Of a DNA stretch of 64,000 nucleotides, positions 46,492 through 55,925 are shown piece by piece. The stretch's first letter is position 1. Each line of letters opens with the position of its first letter. The stretch lies in the sequence record OP045498.1; one strand, written 5' to 3'. The DNA comes from Klebsiella phage 150049. A model generated the notes under the pieces. It searched no databases and had not been told where the DNA came from. It saw only the letters and a list, made by a program, of their open reading frames with translations. The position numbers and the translations under genes were made by a program.

Positions 46492-46566
46492 TGGCCGAGG
46501 TGACAGGATTCGAACCTGCATAAAGGAATTTAGAAGACTCCTGCCTATCCCTTAGACTACACCCCG
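46492..46566 (-). tRNA. tRNA-Arg (TCT)
   Basis: T-arm GCAGG TTCGAAT CCTGT; anticodon loop CTTCTAA. Confidence 0.75.
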
Positions 46567-46569
46567 TTT

Positions 46570-47640
46570 AGGTATTTTTAAGAACTCTTATAAAAGCTCT
46601 TAAAGATACCCGACGGTAGGTAGGGTCAGCCCCCTCAGATTAAGCTCTGCAGCCCTTCCGTCAGACAATATCTTCCAGTTTAAGTCAGGGTGACTTTGTG
46701 GTTATGTTCTCCGTATGTGAAGAACTCGGTTAGGCTTAGGTCATGACTCCCAGCCTACTGCTGCCGCTCAACAGGAATTATCGCGAATTACCTGTACTAT
46801 TGGGCACCATTAGTGCCATCTCTCATGTCAGCGTTTCCCACTCTCATATTCACGCGGTCTGTTAGAATCGCACCTCCGATTTTCGATGCGAAGCTGGATG
46901 CCTAGTCTCAGGTTAAACGGGGCACACACTAGGCAGTGATCCCGAGTTCCGAGTTTGGTTGAGGCCGTCAGGTTTCCTCGTGGTTTAGCTGTTTCGATTC
47001 TAACCTAATACTGATCAGGTGGCGTACCTCCTGAACCGTCATAGTATGTACTCCAGCAGCGAATGCTTATCCGGTATAAGCCCGAGTTATCCGATTCTTT
47101 CCAGAAGGAGCAGTAAAGCTCAATGTCAGCCTGTGAGCATCTGGCAGTGTTATCACATAAGTCAGTTCGACACCCCACATTTTAGTGCCTGGTAGATCCC
47201 GAATGAAGCCCTCAGTCGTTAGACCTCCATCATTCATCAAAGATTTACGCTACCCACTATTCGATGGACAATCGCCGCATTGTGGTATACATACGTTTTC
47301 ACTTGCATCCTAGACGGGTCAGCGTTGAAAGTTATATGGGTTTCTCAAGCCCAACCTTCAGTCTTCTACCCCTGGGACACGCACCGTATTTCACACTGTG
47401 CCTAGCTCCTGTTGAGACCCATCGTTTTGTATAAATTAGAGAAGAGTTTAGAGGAGAGGTTTCAGACGCCTCATTTTACAAGAAGTCTCGAACCTATATT
47501 CGTTACTCTAGTCACTTGGCCGGATATACCGGACTGGACTCGGAACTCTAACAGGTGATCATTCTTAACCCACCGACTCTATTCAGTGTCAGAAGCTATC
47601 ACTAGGTGAATCGCTAAAGCTCACTCAGCGTAATCGGCTC
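46570..47640 (-). ncRNA. 1.07 kb ORF-free, GC-enriched segment transcribed from an early cassette promoter into tRNA-Arg; candidate large structured ncRNA (alternatively a decayed gene)
   Basis: No ORF of 60 aa or more in any frame; GC visibly higher than flanks; cassette promoter at 47641-47700 lacks RBS and ATG and points into this segment. Confidence 0.3.
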
Positions 47641-47700
47641 GCTGTTCTCTAATTTATGAATCTATTATACAGAATTTTGGAACGTTTAGCAAATCAATTT
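47641..47700 (-). promoter_or_regulatory. early promoter cassette (no downstream ORF)
   Basis: Minus strand TTGCTA-17-TATAAT then AGATTCATAAATTAGAGAACAGC. Confidence 0.5.
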
Positions 47701-48144
47701 TTAATTAAATTCGCCAGCAACCTGAGCAGCAATGCCACCATCGTAACGACCAGGAAACTCTTCCTTAATCGCTTTCATCAGCATACCCTTTGTAATCCCA
47801 GGATTCAACTTAACTAATTCTGCAAAGTATTTGCGAATCTCAGAATCAGATAACTGAGGCGGCAGATACTGTTGTAGCCATTTGTTCAGTATATATTCAT
47901 ACTGAGCAGACTGCAAGCTATAATTATCAAGGTCTTGACCGTGAAGTTTAGCTTTTGTCTGATTAATGCTTTTCAGTTGAGCTTTTAGATAAGATACAAA
48001 CTGTTCAGAAGTAATGAAGTCTTTATCAACACGCTGAAGATCTCCGATTATAGTCTGGTAGCTTTTAGCTACTTCTTTATCAGAACCATCAACCTTAGAT
48101 TCCTGCAAAGCCCTACGCAAAACATCTAGAATATTCTCTTCCAT
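47701..48144 (-). CDS. GatB/YqeY-domain protein
   Basis: C-terminal ELVKLNPGITKGMLMKAIKEEFPGRYDGGIAAQVAGEF resembles the YqeY family. Confidence 0.5.
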   Translation of the reverse strand: MEENILDVLRRALQESKVDGSDKEVAKSYQTIIGDLQRVDKDFITSEQFVSYLKAQLKSINQTKAKLHGQDLDNYSLQSAQYEYILNKWLQQYLPPQLSDSEIRKYFAELVKLNPGITKGMLMKAIKEEFPGRYDGGIAAQVAGEFN

Positions 48145-48314
48145 TATTTAATTCCCAGTGCTTGGTTAAAAGATTGTTCTGTCATAACTGCCGAGACTTT
48201 AGCGAAATCAAACTTCTTAGGGTTTGTAGTAATTTCAGCAACGTTAGTAGTTTTAACTGTTTTCGTAGTACGGATACCACGAGTATTAACACCAATAATT
48301 ACAACTGATTTCAT
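48144..48314 (-). CDS. 56 aa small protein
   Basis: Cassette RBS GAGAGG before ATG 48314; TAATG overlap with the next gene. Confidence 0.3.
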   Translation of the reverse strand: MKSVVIIGVNTRGIRTTKTVKTTNVAEITTNPKKFDFAKVSAVMTEQSFNQALGIK

Positions 48315-48382
48315 ATTTCGCTTCCTCTCATTAATTTATGAAAGTATTATACAGAAATTTAAGGCTTTAAGCAATCGAATTT
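48314..48382 (-). promoter_or_regulatory. early promoter cassette
   Basis: Conserved cassette. Confidence 0.5.
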
Positions 48383-48832
48383 TTAAGTTTTCTTAACCAC
48401 AGGCTTGTAGAACGTATGGCCTTGAATCTTCGTTGTTTTCTTAAACTTCTTTGTCCAGTACGGTTTATCTTTACCACTATGGAAGTATAACGCTCCATGT
48501 GTTGGATCTTGTGGTAAATCAACGTAGTATATCACTCTAGCTAAATTCTTAGCAACTTGCCAAGCCTCATCGGTTTTATCAACTTTTGGTCTCTTGGCCA
48601 CCCAAGAGAACTGGTTAGACTGATATACTACTTTACAGTAAGAATCAGGAAAAGTACCAGAGTTAACACGGTTTTTAGTAACCTGTGCAACTGCGATCAT
48701 TCCTTTAGTGCCCTCACCTCGTGCTTCGAAGTAGATATTTTTTGCAATGCAATCAATCTGCTTTGAGTCGTAGGTCGCATGACTATTGAAGCTATAGGTT
48801 AGGGCAGCTATTAAAAGCAAAGCTGCCTTCAT
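48383..48832 (-). CDS. secreted SleB-like cell-wall hydrolase (Hydrolase_2 family)
   Basis: Signal peptide; NIYFEARGE signature; start ATG 48832 with GGAG RBS. Confidence 0.6.
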   Translation of the reverse strand: MKAALLLIAALTYSFNSHATYDSKQIDCIAKNIYFEARGEGTKGMIAVAQVTKNRVNSGTFPDSYCKVVYQSNQFSWVAKRPKVDKTDEAWQVAKNLARVIYYVDLPQDPTHGALYFHSGKDKPYWTKKFKKTTKIQGHTFYKPVVKKT

Positions 48833-48837
48833 TTTAT

Positions 48838-49155
48838 TTACTCCGGCCAATCGTACTCAATACGATTAGGGCTTTCTTGATACCCTTCGTCTAAGAGATC
48901 ATTACGCATGGTCTCTTTAGCTACTGGGTTCGAGGTTACTAGTACCACTTTCTTGGGTCTCTGACCAAATTCTAGGAGTAAACGAAGAATTTGATAACCT
49001 TCCATACCATCTACAGCCAGATCGTTATCCATATAAACGAAATGACCTGTGGTATCGGTTTTATTCAGAAACTCAACAGCGGCTTCTGGGGTTCGAATGA
49101 TAATATCCATCCCATGCAGGTCACGAACATCATCAATCAGAATATGAAAAATCAT
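48838..49155 (-). CDS. hypothetical protein
   Basis: ORF with cassette upstream. Confidence 0.45.
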   Translation of the reverse strand: MIFHILIDDVRDLHGMDIIIRTPEAAVEFLNKTDTTGHFVYMDNDLAVDGMEGYQILRLLLEFGQRPKKVVLVTSNPVAKETMRNDLLDEGYQESPNRIEYDWPE

Positions 49156-49230
49156 AATAGCCTCGTCTCATCAATTTAAAAATATATTATATAGAAAACT
49201 AAACTAATTAGCAAATACATTTTTAAATTG
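49156..49230 (-). promoter_or_regulatory. early promoter cassette
   Basis: Conserved cassette. Confidence 0.5.
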
Positions 49231-49594
49231 AGAGACTAGTAAACCGATAAACAGCCTAGAGGCGCCACAGGCCATATCTTATGAGCCATGTACCTTTGAT
49301 CTAGGGTTTGAATCATCAACGAATACTTTGCATCTTTTAGCTTTAGAAGGTTAGAAGTTTGAGTGCTTTTAACTTTTCAGCTTTCATACTTGAGCGTTGA
49401 TCTTTGAAGTTGTGTTGGTACTACCAACGACCGTTTTTACAGTTCAGCTTAAGAGGCTGGTGTAATAAACATAATCTCCAATAGATTATACTTTATAGTA
49501 TGGTCAGCGGTCTTATTTAACCTCGTATTTCAACCGCTGCTGCGAGGTAAGATGCTTGGGCTTTCGTCTACCGATTTACTAGTCTTTTAAATTA

Positions 49595-50233
49595 TTACTC
49601 TACTTCGATAAAAGTAGAGGCGTTGGACTCAGACAGAACAAAGTCAACGTTGGTTGCAAAGTCCTGGTATTCTTCGTCGTGTTGCTTGATCAGCTTTTCC
49701 AGCTCCAGCGGATCGATCAGGAACGGAGTGTTCTTGAGTTCCAGCAGGTTAAGCTGCATCTTAACTTCATCCTCGGAAGTCTTCTTGTCGCGGGTAGCCA
49801 TGGTATCCTGCAAACGCTCATACTTGGCATCAAACTGAGCCTTCTGAGTGTTAAACTTAACAGTAGCAGCATGGAACTGCTTACGCATGTTAGCCAGCAA
49901 CTGAGCTTTGAGTTCCATAGAACGCTTAGCTTCGATTGCTTCCGCAACAGTCATAGAGCGGGAACCGATCTCTACAACAGTTTCAGCATTGCTCTTGATC
50001 AGCGCTGCTTTCAGCTGATCACGCTGGGACATCATATCCAGCAGAGACTGGAAATCAGTCTTAATACGAGTAGACAGAGCATCTACTTCGATTGCAGCGC
50101 CAACGACAACTTGGTTCTTGTCCTTACCTTCACCAACAGCGATCAAAAGCTGTTGTTCAGTAGCTTTACGGATTTTAGCTTCCAGAGACTTGATAGTTGC
50201 CAGAGCACGAGTTTTAGAGATACGAGTAGTCAT
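49595..50233 (-). CDS. hypothetical coiled-coil protein
   Basis: Start at ATG 50233 (AAGGAAG RBS); the upstream extension in the ORF track lacks an RBS. Confidence 0.5.
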   Translation of the reverse strand: MTTRISKTRALATIKSLEAKIRKATEQQLLIAVGEGKDKNQVVVGAAIEVDALSTRIKTDFQSLLDMMSQRDQLKAALIKSNAETVVEIGSRSMTVAEAIEAKRSMELKAQLLANMRKQFHAATVKFNTQKAQFDAKYERLQDTMATRDKKTSEDEVKMQLNLLELKNTPFLIDPLELEKLIKQHDEEYQDFATNVDFVLSESNASTFIEVE

Positions 50234-50288
50234 TATTTGCTTCCTTATATGAAGTTTGAGATTTGAATTTGTTTTAAAAAACGGTCTA

Positions 50289-50471
50289 TTACAGACCGAT
50301 TGCCAGCAGAGTGCGCAGAACAGTATCAGAACTGTTATCAATATTCGGATTGGCGCGATTCAGTACGTTAAAGATTTTCTGGATGCCGGACTGACGTTCA
50401 GCCATACGACGCAGACCCAGGTTACGTTTTGCTACTTTACCATTTTTACGGACGTTTTTAGATACTGGCAT
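50289..50471 (-). CDS. small basic protein
   Basis: AAAGGAAA RBS; cassette upstream. Confidence 0.4.
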   Translation of the reverse strand: MPVSKNVRKNGKVAKRNLGLRRMAERQSGIQKIFNVLNRANPNIDNSSDTVLRTLLAIGL

Positions 50472-50541
50472 AATTGTTTTCCTTTTGTTGTTCTCTCAAA
50501 TTTATGAATATATTATACAGAATTTTGGAGCTGAAAGCAAA
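50472..50541 (-). promoter_or_regulatory. early promoter cassette
   Basis: Minus strand TTGCTT-17-TATAAT then ATATTCATAAATTTGAGAGAACA. Confidence 0.55.
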
Positions 50542-51243
50542 TCAAATTTTGATTTTTTCGATCATGACGGCTACACAATAACTTTCAACTAAAGCATCGA
50601 ATGCTGGATCATGCTTCACAGGATAGATTCCATAACGAATGGTGTCCATCTTTTCCATTTTAGCTTTTGCCCAACTAGCACCTTCGGCTTCTAGATCTTT
50701 ATAGCTATAACCAGCTTGCATCCACTGATTACGGAAAGATCGAACGTTACCTAAGTTCCAGAATTTCCACGGAACTATTTCTTCATGGGTTCCGGCATGG
50801 AACGTATTTGCAGAGTAGATTGTCATATCAAACTCTGGGCCATTGCCGTAATACAGAGCATTATCTCCTAGAGACAATTCCATAATGTTCTGAGCCATAG
50901 AGAAGGCAGCATAATTAGAGCCTACGTCATTAGTGCAGTGATGCTTACCATCACGGAAGGCAATCAGTTTAGGATTACGACCATTTAGAGCCTCCATAAT
51001 ATGGAGCGCAGATGGACTGTTTTTAGCTTGATCCATCCAGAATGCAATAGTAGAGGCAGTTACCTTAGCACCCGCATTAAGCTGATCTTGAACGTCTAGA
51101 GTAACGAATACCAGATCAGGATCTTTATCAATTCCGTGCATCGCTACAAAAGCGAAAGAAGGCATTGCAATATGAGTAGTACCGCAATTTCCTGGAGTAC
51201 CTAGAGATTCAATGTCCAGCATACCAAAGGGCTTGAATTTCAT
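50542..51243 (-). CDS. dexA: DEDD-type exonuclease, T4 DexA-like
   Basis: N-terminal LDIESLGT (Exo I motif D-x-E); size and layout like T4 exonuclease A. Confidence 0.55.
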   Translation of the reverse strand: MKFKPFGMLDIESLGTPGNCGTTHIAMPSFAFVAMHGIDKDPDLVFVTLDVQDQLNAGAKVTASTIAFWMDQAKNSPSALHIMEALNGRNPKLIAFRDGKHHCTNDVGSNYAAFSMAQNIMELSLGDNALYYGNGPEFDMTIYSANTFHAGTHEEIVPWKFWNLGNVRSFRNQWMQAGYSYKDLEAEGASWAKAKMEKMDTIRYGIYPVKHDPAFDALVESYCVAVMIEKIKI

Positions 51244-51273
51244 AATTATGTCCTTTATTGTTGTAGAAAACTA

Positions 51274-51486
51274 TTAAAGAGCTGTCTCTTTAATAGACTC
51301 CCACTGTTTGGGGTCTTTCAGAGGAAGTTCCTCTTCTTCAAACAGGTCTGTTCCATTTTCACTAACATCCCAGTTTTCTTCCATGATTTCTTCTAGAAGC
51401 TCATGTTTAGAAAGACGAGTGTAGTCTCTAGCAGACTTGTGAGTGCTAGCACGGTTAAAATCATTCTTTGCAACGAAGTTACGCAT
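51274..51486 (-). CDS. hypothetical small protein
   Basis: ORF. Confidence 0.4.
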   Translation of the reverse strand: MRNFVAKNDFNRASTHKSARDYTRLSKHELLEEIMEENWDVSENGTDLFEEEELPLKDPKQWESIKETAL

Positions 51487-51527
51487 AGTTTCTCCAAATA
51501 AGAGGGGCTTTCGCCCCCTGATTTAAA

Positions 51528-51743
51528 TTACTTGCCCAGCAGTTTAAGGATATTTTCCTTAATAGTTTGAGCAGATTTTTCACTCTTATTGGTTTCAGCC
51601 AGTTTCAGAGCGAGTTCTTCCTGCTGTTTCTGAATATCAGCAGCAGTTTTCTGGTCAGCTTCAATACGAGCTTGAAGTTCATCAGTAATAGTGGTAAAGG
51701 AAGCAACGATTTCAGTAACGGAACGTGGTTTCTTAGAGAACAT
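51528..51743 (-). CDS. hypothetical small protein
   Basis: ORF. Confidence 0.4.
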   Translation of the reverse strand: MFSKKPRSVTEIVASFTTITDELQARIEADQKTAADIQKQQEELALKLAETNKSEKSAQTIKENILKLLGK

Positions 51744-51804
51744 AAAAATATCCTTAATTAGTCAGAGAAAGAGTTAGTATATGGGGCTTTCGCCCCATCA
51801 ATCA

Positions 51805-52323
51805 TTACTTCGCTTTACGCTTGCGAGTAGGTTTAGCGGATTTACGATCAGAAGCACCAGTAAACTTAATACCGATACCGTAGCACAGAGCGCGAACGTT
51901 GTCACGGCTATACTCTACACCGAAAATATTCGGTTTAACGGAGCCAAACTGTCCACGGGATTCGCGCATTACATCAGCCATTGGCTTACGCTTCTGATTG
52001 ACTGCTTTTTCGTAGTCTTTCAGAGCCATACCGTTGCGGGCGAACATCTCAGCACCGCCGTTAAAGCTCAGAGTTACCGGTACAGACTTATGACCTTCAC
52101 CCTTGATGAACACAACCTGCTTAGTAGCAGTTGCGCGAGTAGAGTTCTTGGCCTTCGGCTTCTGGCGAACCGGAGCCGCAGACTTCAGGGCAGTCTGAGC
52201 CTGAGCATCAGTAGGATGCTTACGCAGATGACGTTCCAGACGAGCCTTACGATTGGCTTCGGTCTGAGCGAAAGTTTTAACTGCCGGAGCTGCCTGAGTT
52301 TTTGCGTTTTTCTGCTTAGCCAT
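51805..52323 (-). CDS. basic Lys/Ala/Arg-rich protein, possible nucleic-acid binding
   Basis: pI clearly basic; cassette upstream. Confidence 0.5.
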   Translation of the reverse strand: MAKQKNAKTQAAPAVKTFAQTEANRKARLERHLRKHPTDAQAQTALKSAAPVRQKPKAKNSTRATATKQVVFIKGEGHKSVPVTLSFNGGAEMFARNGMALKDYEKAVNQKRKPMADVMRESRGQFGSVKPNIFGVEYSRDNVRALCYGIGIKFTGASDRKSAKPTRKRKAK

Positions 52324-52406
52324 TATTTGTTTTCCTTTTTGTTGATCAATTTATGAGATATATTATACGAAATTTTGAAGCGTTTAGCAAATGAATTTTT
52401 TAAAAA
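52324..52406 (-). promoter_or_regulatory. early promoter cassette
   Basis: Conserved cassette. Confidence 0.5.
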
Positions 52407-52685
52407 TTATCTGCCGATCATCTTAGCTTGTTCCTCACTGGAAACGTACTGATAACCACCCTTGTTATATGCAGGAGCAGTACACAGTTTCTTGCGCTCA
52501 ATTTCTTCTTGAGCTTTGCGTTCCCTTTCGGCTAATTCTTCATCTAGATAAACTAGACGTTGCTCCGGAGGTGGTGGAAGCCTAGTTTCTGGCTCACCAA
52601 TATTTGCCTTTCTGATCTGACGCGGGGATTGTGCGCGTTTTCTCAAAGGTTTAAATCCTAATGAATTTGAGTTGTAAATTCGCAT
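52407..52685 (-). CDS. hypothetical protein
   Basis: RBS GAGGGC can pair with upstream AAAGCCCTC (9-bp inverted repeat spanning the promoter). Confidence 0.45.
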   Translation of the reverse strand: MRIYNSNSLGFKPLRKRAQSPRQIRKANIGEPETRLPPPPEQRLVYLDEELAERERKAQEEIERKKLCTAPAYNKGGYQYVSSEEQAKMIGR

Positions 52686-52761
52686 AAAGCCCTCCTCACT
52701 TTCAATACGAATATTATACTAAATTCGAGGGCTTTAAGCAAGTGAATTTTTAATTTATTTA
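52686..52761 (-). promoter_or_regulatory. early promoter cassette flanked by 9-bp inverted repeat
   Basis: AAAGCCCTC ... GAGGGCTTT. Confidence 0.5.
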
Positions 52762-53238
52762 TTACATCTCAGCAAGTTCTTGCTCAGTAATTACAGTATT
52801 GCATAGAGCATCAACTTCTTCATTACCACGAATACCTGAGTGACCTTTGACCTTAACAAAGGTTGGGTTAGTATCATGGAAATTAATATACTGTTGAGTT
52901 AGTTTAAATGCTTCTTGCCAGAGTTCTAGATTAAGAGGAGTTTCACCATCTCCCTTCTTCCAGCCTTTCTTCTGCCAAGACCACATCCAGCTTTCCATAC
53001 CATTTTTGCAGTAAGCAGAATCAGTGTAGATAATTACTGGACGATTATCTTTCTTAGTAGACCAACGAAGAACTTCTACAATTGCAGTAAGTTCCATTTC
53101 GTTATTAGTAGTTTTAGGGCTGAAGCCAGATTTAGAGCCAATACGATCATCATTATCATTATAGACAACGAATCCCCACGCACCTAAACCAGGATTGCCT
53201 TTACATGCACCATCTGTATATATGTGGAAAACCGACAT
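52762..53238 (-). CDS. rnhA: ribonuclease HI
   Basis: IYTDGACKGNPGLGAWG ... TDSAYC ... GHSGIRGNEEVDAL: canonical RNase H1 DEDD motifs. Confidence 0.8.
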   Translation of the reverse strand: MSVFHIYTDGACKGNPGLGAWGFVVYNDNDDRIGSKSGFSPKTTNNEMELTAIVEVLRWSTKKDNRPVIIYTDSAYCKNGMESWMWSWQKKGWKKGDGETPLNLELWQEAFKLTQQYINFHDTNPTFVKVKGHSGIRGNEEVDALCNTVITEQELAEM

Positions 53239-53507
53239 TATTTACTCCAATCAATTTCAAGCCAAAAACCTTCACGCTGTTCATACTTAGCTTCTACAAC
53301 ATAACCTAGTTTGCTAAGTTTTTGCATGACGCTATTTCTAGCGTTTTCTGAGTATTCAGTTAATCCCTGGATGTGACAGTTAAATTCTTTATCTTTAATA
53401 GCTTTGTCAATCTCTACGGCAATAAGTGATTCTAGGTCAATTACTTCCTTTTTAATGCTAGCAATAGTATTTTGTTTTGCTTCTAAAGCAGATAAAAGAA
53501 TAGACAT
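53238..53507 (-). CDS. hypothetical protein
   Basis: ATGA overlap. Confidence 0.45.
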   Translation of the reverse strand: MSILLSALEAKQNTIASIKKEVIDLESLIAVEIDKAIKDKEFNCHIQGLTEYSENARNSVMQKLSKLGYVVEAKYEQREGFWLEIDWSK

Positions 53508-53509
53508 AT

Positions 53510-54088
53510 TTATTCTCCAGTTACTAAAACATCATGTTGAGAAGATACACCACACATATAATCTGCACAATGCGTAAAAGCCAGATCAATGATTTCAAAT
53601 ATATCATCTACATCTAAATCTGTGGCTCGACAATCCGCAATAGCTAAACCTGTACGAATACTGGAAAGTACATCTTCTCCTCCACAGCCTACACCGGCAT
53701 ATTCAACTTCTAGAATAGAAGCATTAGATTGGAAAATAAAGATTCTTCCTTTGTAGAGCATAATAAATTGTCCCAGATTAGGTTCAGCATATTTTTCATT
53801 TTTCTTTTCGCCAAAATCTTTCTGGTTAAACATATCACGTAATTTAGGTACTATTTCCGTATATAAATATTTATCATCGGAAATATCTGCTAAACGTGGT
53901 GGTACAGTAAAGCTATGCTCTAGTAATTGTCCCATGTAGAAGGAACTAGTGTATCCGAAGTACAAATCATCAGAGATTTTGAATACTTTCGGATTTTTAA
54001 CCAGCAGTTTCGTATAGCCATTAGAACCCATACGATCACCAGCTAAGTATACTTTATCTTTATATTTAAATGCTACTATGGCTGTCAT
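53510..54088 (-). CDS. Ntn-hydrolase, HslV/proteasome beta-subunit-like peptidase
   Basis: Met-Thr N-terminus (MTAIVAFKYKDKVYLAGDRMGS), conserved Lys region, later AGVGCGGE resembling the HslV GSGG loop. Confidence 0.5.
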   Translation of the reverse strand: MTAIVAFKYKDKVYLAGDRMGSNGYTKLLVKNPKVFKISDDLYFGYTSSFYMGQLLEHSFTVPPRLADISDDKYLYTEIVPKLRDMFNQKDFGEKKNEKYAEPNLGQFIMLYKGRIFIFQSNASILEVEYAGVGCGGEDVLSSIRTGLAIADCRATDLDVDDIFEIIDLAFTHCADYMCGVSSQHDVLVTGE

Positions 54089-54186
54089 TATTAAATCCTT
54101 CTGTCAAATTAGAAGTATATTATATTTGAATTTCACTCAGTAAGCAAATGAAATTTAAATATAATAGCCCCGAAGGGCTATTTGAA
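54089..54186 (-). promoter_or_regulatory. early promoter cassette with hairpin
   Basis: Cassette plus TAGCCCC GAA GGGGCTA hairpin. Confidence 0.5.
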
Positions 54187-54540
54187 TTAGATTATAATCA
54201 AGATTATTAGGGCGTATGTCAGATAATGCAGTAACTGATCAAATCCTAAAGCTATCCAAAACTTAGCATCGCTTATAGCGTATTTACAGCGTTGTGCTTT
54301 CCAATAATCTATAATAAAGTGTAGAATTAATTCCATAATAGCTAAAGCTATAGACATTCCTGGTGATGTGAATAGGATTAGAATTGCAAATGTTAATCCA
54401 GCATGTACTAGTGAATGGGTTAATAATGGAAGTTTCCACCCTATTTTATGCGTCTTTCTTAGCATATATGGTGTTTGGAGTGGATAATCGGCCATAAAAT
54501 GTTTTAGAAAGAATATGACAAATAATAGTATAATTAACAT
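54187..54540 (-). CDS. multi-TM membrane protein
   Basis: Hydrophobic, His-containing. Confidence 0.45.
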   Translation of the reverse strand: MLIILLFVIFFLKHFMADYPLQTPYMLRKTHKIGWKLPLLTHSLVHAGLTFAILILFTSPGMSIALAIMELILHFIIDYWKAQRCKYAISDAKFWIALGFDQLLHYLTYALIILIII

Positions 54541-54543
54541 ATG

Positions 54544-55398
54544 TTACACCGTAAATGGATATGCAATAGCAGGATGGTGTTCATAGCCACGAACAGTAAA
54601 ATCATCCTTACTTACCCACGTTAATACATCATCCAAAGTTCTAATATTTGGATTGATTTCTAAAGTAGGAGATGCAAAAGGTTCACGATCGAATTGCTTG
54701 TGTTCCATCAGAACATTATACTGATCTTCATAGATATGAAGATTGATAATCTTTTGACGAGCAATACCTGGCTTAAGACCTGTAATCTGTGCCATAATAG
54801 CTAGAAGTGCATAGCATTGCACCATATTAAATACTTGGCCCAGCAAGAAATCATTAGACCTCTGGAAAGAGTTTAGGTATAGTGTATCACCTAAAATAGA
54901 GAATTGATGGGTATGCATACACGGACGTAGGCATCCTTTACGAAATTCCCCAGGGTTCCAAAAAGTTAAAATTTCTCCACGATCGTCAATCCCTCTTTTC
55001 AAATTATGATAGACTTTGGCTAACTGATCAAATACCATACCATCAGAATTAGTCCAATGACGTCCTTGAACACCATAGACTCGTCCCATATCATCCTCGC
55101 CTTTACGGAATGGATTACCTAGCCAGGCAATATTTTCATTTGCATTAGCATTCCATGTATTAACACCAATAGCGCGGAATTGTGCTGCTGAGTCGTACCC
55201 ACGGAGATATCCTATCATTTCCATTATTGCTTGTTTAGCAAATGCTTTACGAGTAGTTACTAGCGGCAGTTCTCCTGCTCCTACGTTAAAGGTAAAGTCT
55301 GCATCAATAATGGTTAGGCAACGAACCCCTGTTCTAGGATTCGTTACCCATACACCCTCTTCAAGAATACGTTTTCCAGTTTCAATATATTGCTTCAT
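54544..55398 (-). CDS. td: thymidylate synthase
   Basis: 284 aa ThyA: [13 protein letters not shown] ... CMHTHQF ... HIYEDQ catalytic motifs; uninterrupted. Confidence 0.9.
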   Translation of the reverse strand: MKQYIETGKRILEEGVWVTNPRTGVRCLTIIDADFTFNVGAGELPLVTTRKAFAKQAIMEMIGYLRGYDSAAQFRAIGVNTWNANANENIAWLGNPFRKGEDDMGRVYGVQGRHWTNSDGMVFDQLAKVYHNLKRGIDDRGEILTFWNPGEFRKGCLRPCMHTHQFSILGDTLYLNSFQRSNDFLLGQVFNMVQCYALLAIMAQITGLKPGIARQKIINLHIYEDQYNVLMEHKQFDREPFASPTLEINPNIRTLDDVLTWVSKDDFTVRGYEHHPAIAYPFTV

Positions 55399-55925
55399 TT
55401 AAATATCACCAATTCTTGTAAGAATGAAAGTGTTTTATCTGCATTCTGTCCTGCCACATAGTCCATTCTAGTTGCCATTGAATTAGTTAAAGTAATGTGA
55501 TGATGAAGATGTACATCAGCAGATAATGGTGTGGCTGAAGTAATAGTAGAGATATACGCCATATCTAGATGATTTTTGACATACATTTCAAGAAGCAGAG
55601 TTGCTCCCCCTAATACTACAGTTACCTCTTCCTTGAGAAAATCAGGCAGACGGTATCCAATGTTGCTTATGCGTGTAGCTGATCCTACAGAGTTAGGTAG
55701 TGGTCTATTTGCATAAATAAATAGGTCAGAATCTCCTAGTATTCTTTTTTGCAGAGTCTCAGGGAAGGCTAACCAAGTTCCTGCTCCTACAATAATATTA
55801 TCAGGTGCTAGAGAATCCAAAGTAGCATAGAAAGTATTTAGTTCTTCTTTGAAAGAACCCCAAGGGAGTTTACCATTGAGGCCGAACTCCCCATTCGGCC
55901 CAGTTGCATAGATTGCTGCTATCAT
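55395..55925 (-). CDS. frd: dihydrofolate reductase
   Basis: [23 protein letters not shown] ... IVGAGTW resembles T4 Frd and bacterial DHFR; ATGA overlap with td. Confidence 0.7.
   Translation of the reverse strand: MIAAIYATGPNGEFGLNGKLPWGSFKEELNTFYATLDSLAPDNIIVGAGTWLAFPETLQKRILGDSDLFIYANRPLPNSVGSATRISNIGYRLPDFLKEEVTVVLGGATLLLEMYVKNHLDMAYISTITSATPLSADVHLHHHITLTNSMATRMDYVAGQNADKTLSFLQELVIFK

Noticed and set aside
49679-50266. 195 aa plus-strand ORF
   Set aside because: Antisense to CDS 49595-50233; no RBS; sits between convergent minus-strand signals.
51781-52356. 191 aa plus-strand ORF
   Set aside because: Antisense to the basic protein gene 51805-52323, which has the cassette promoter and RBS.
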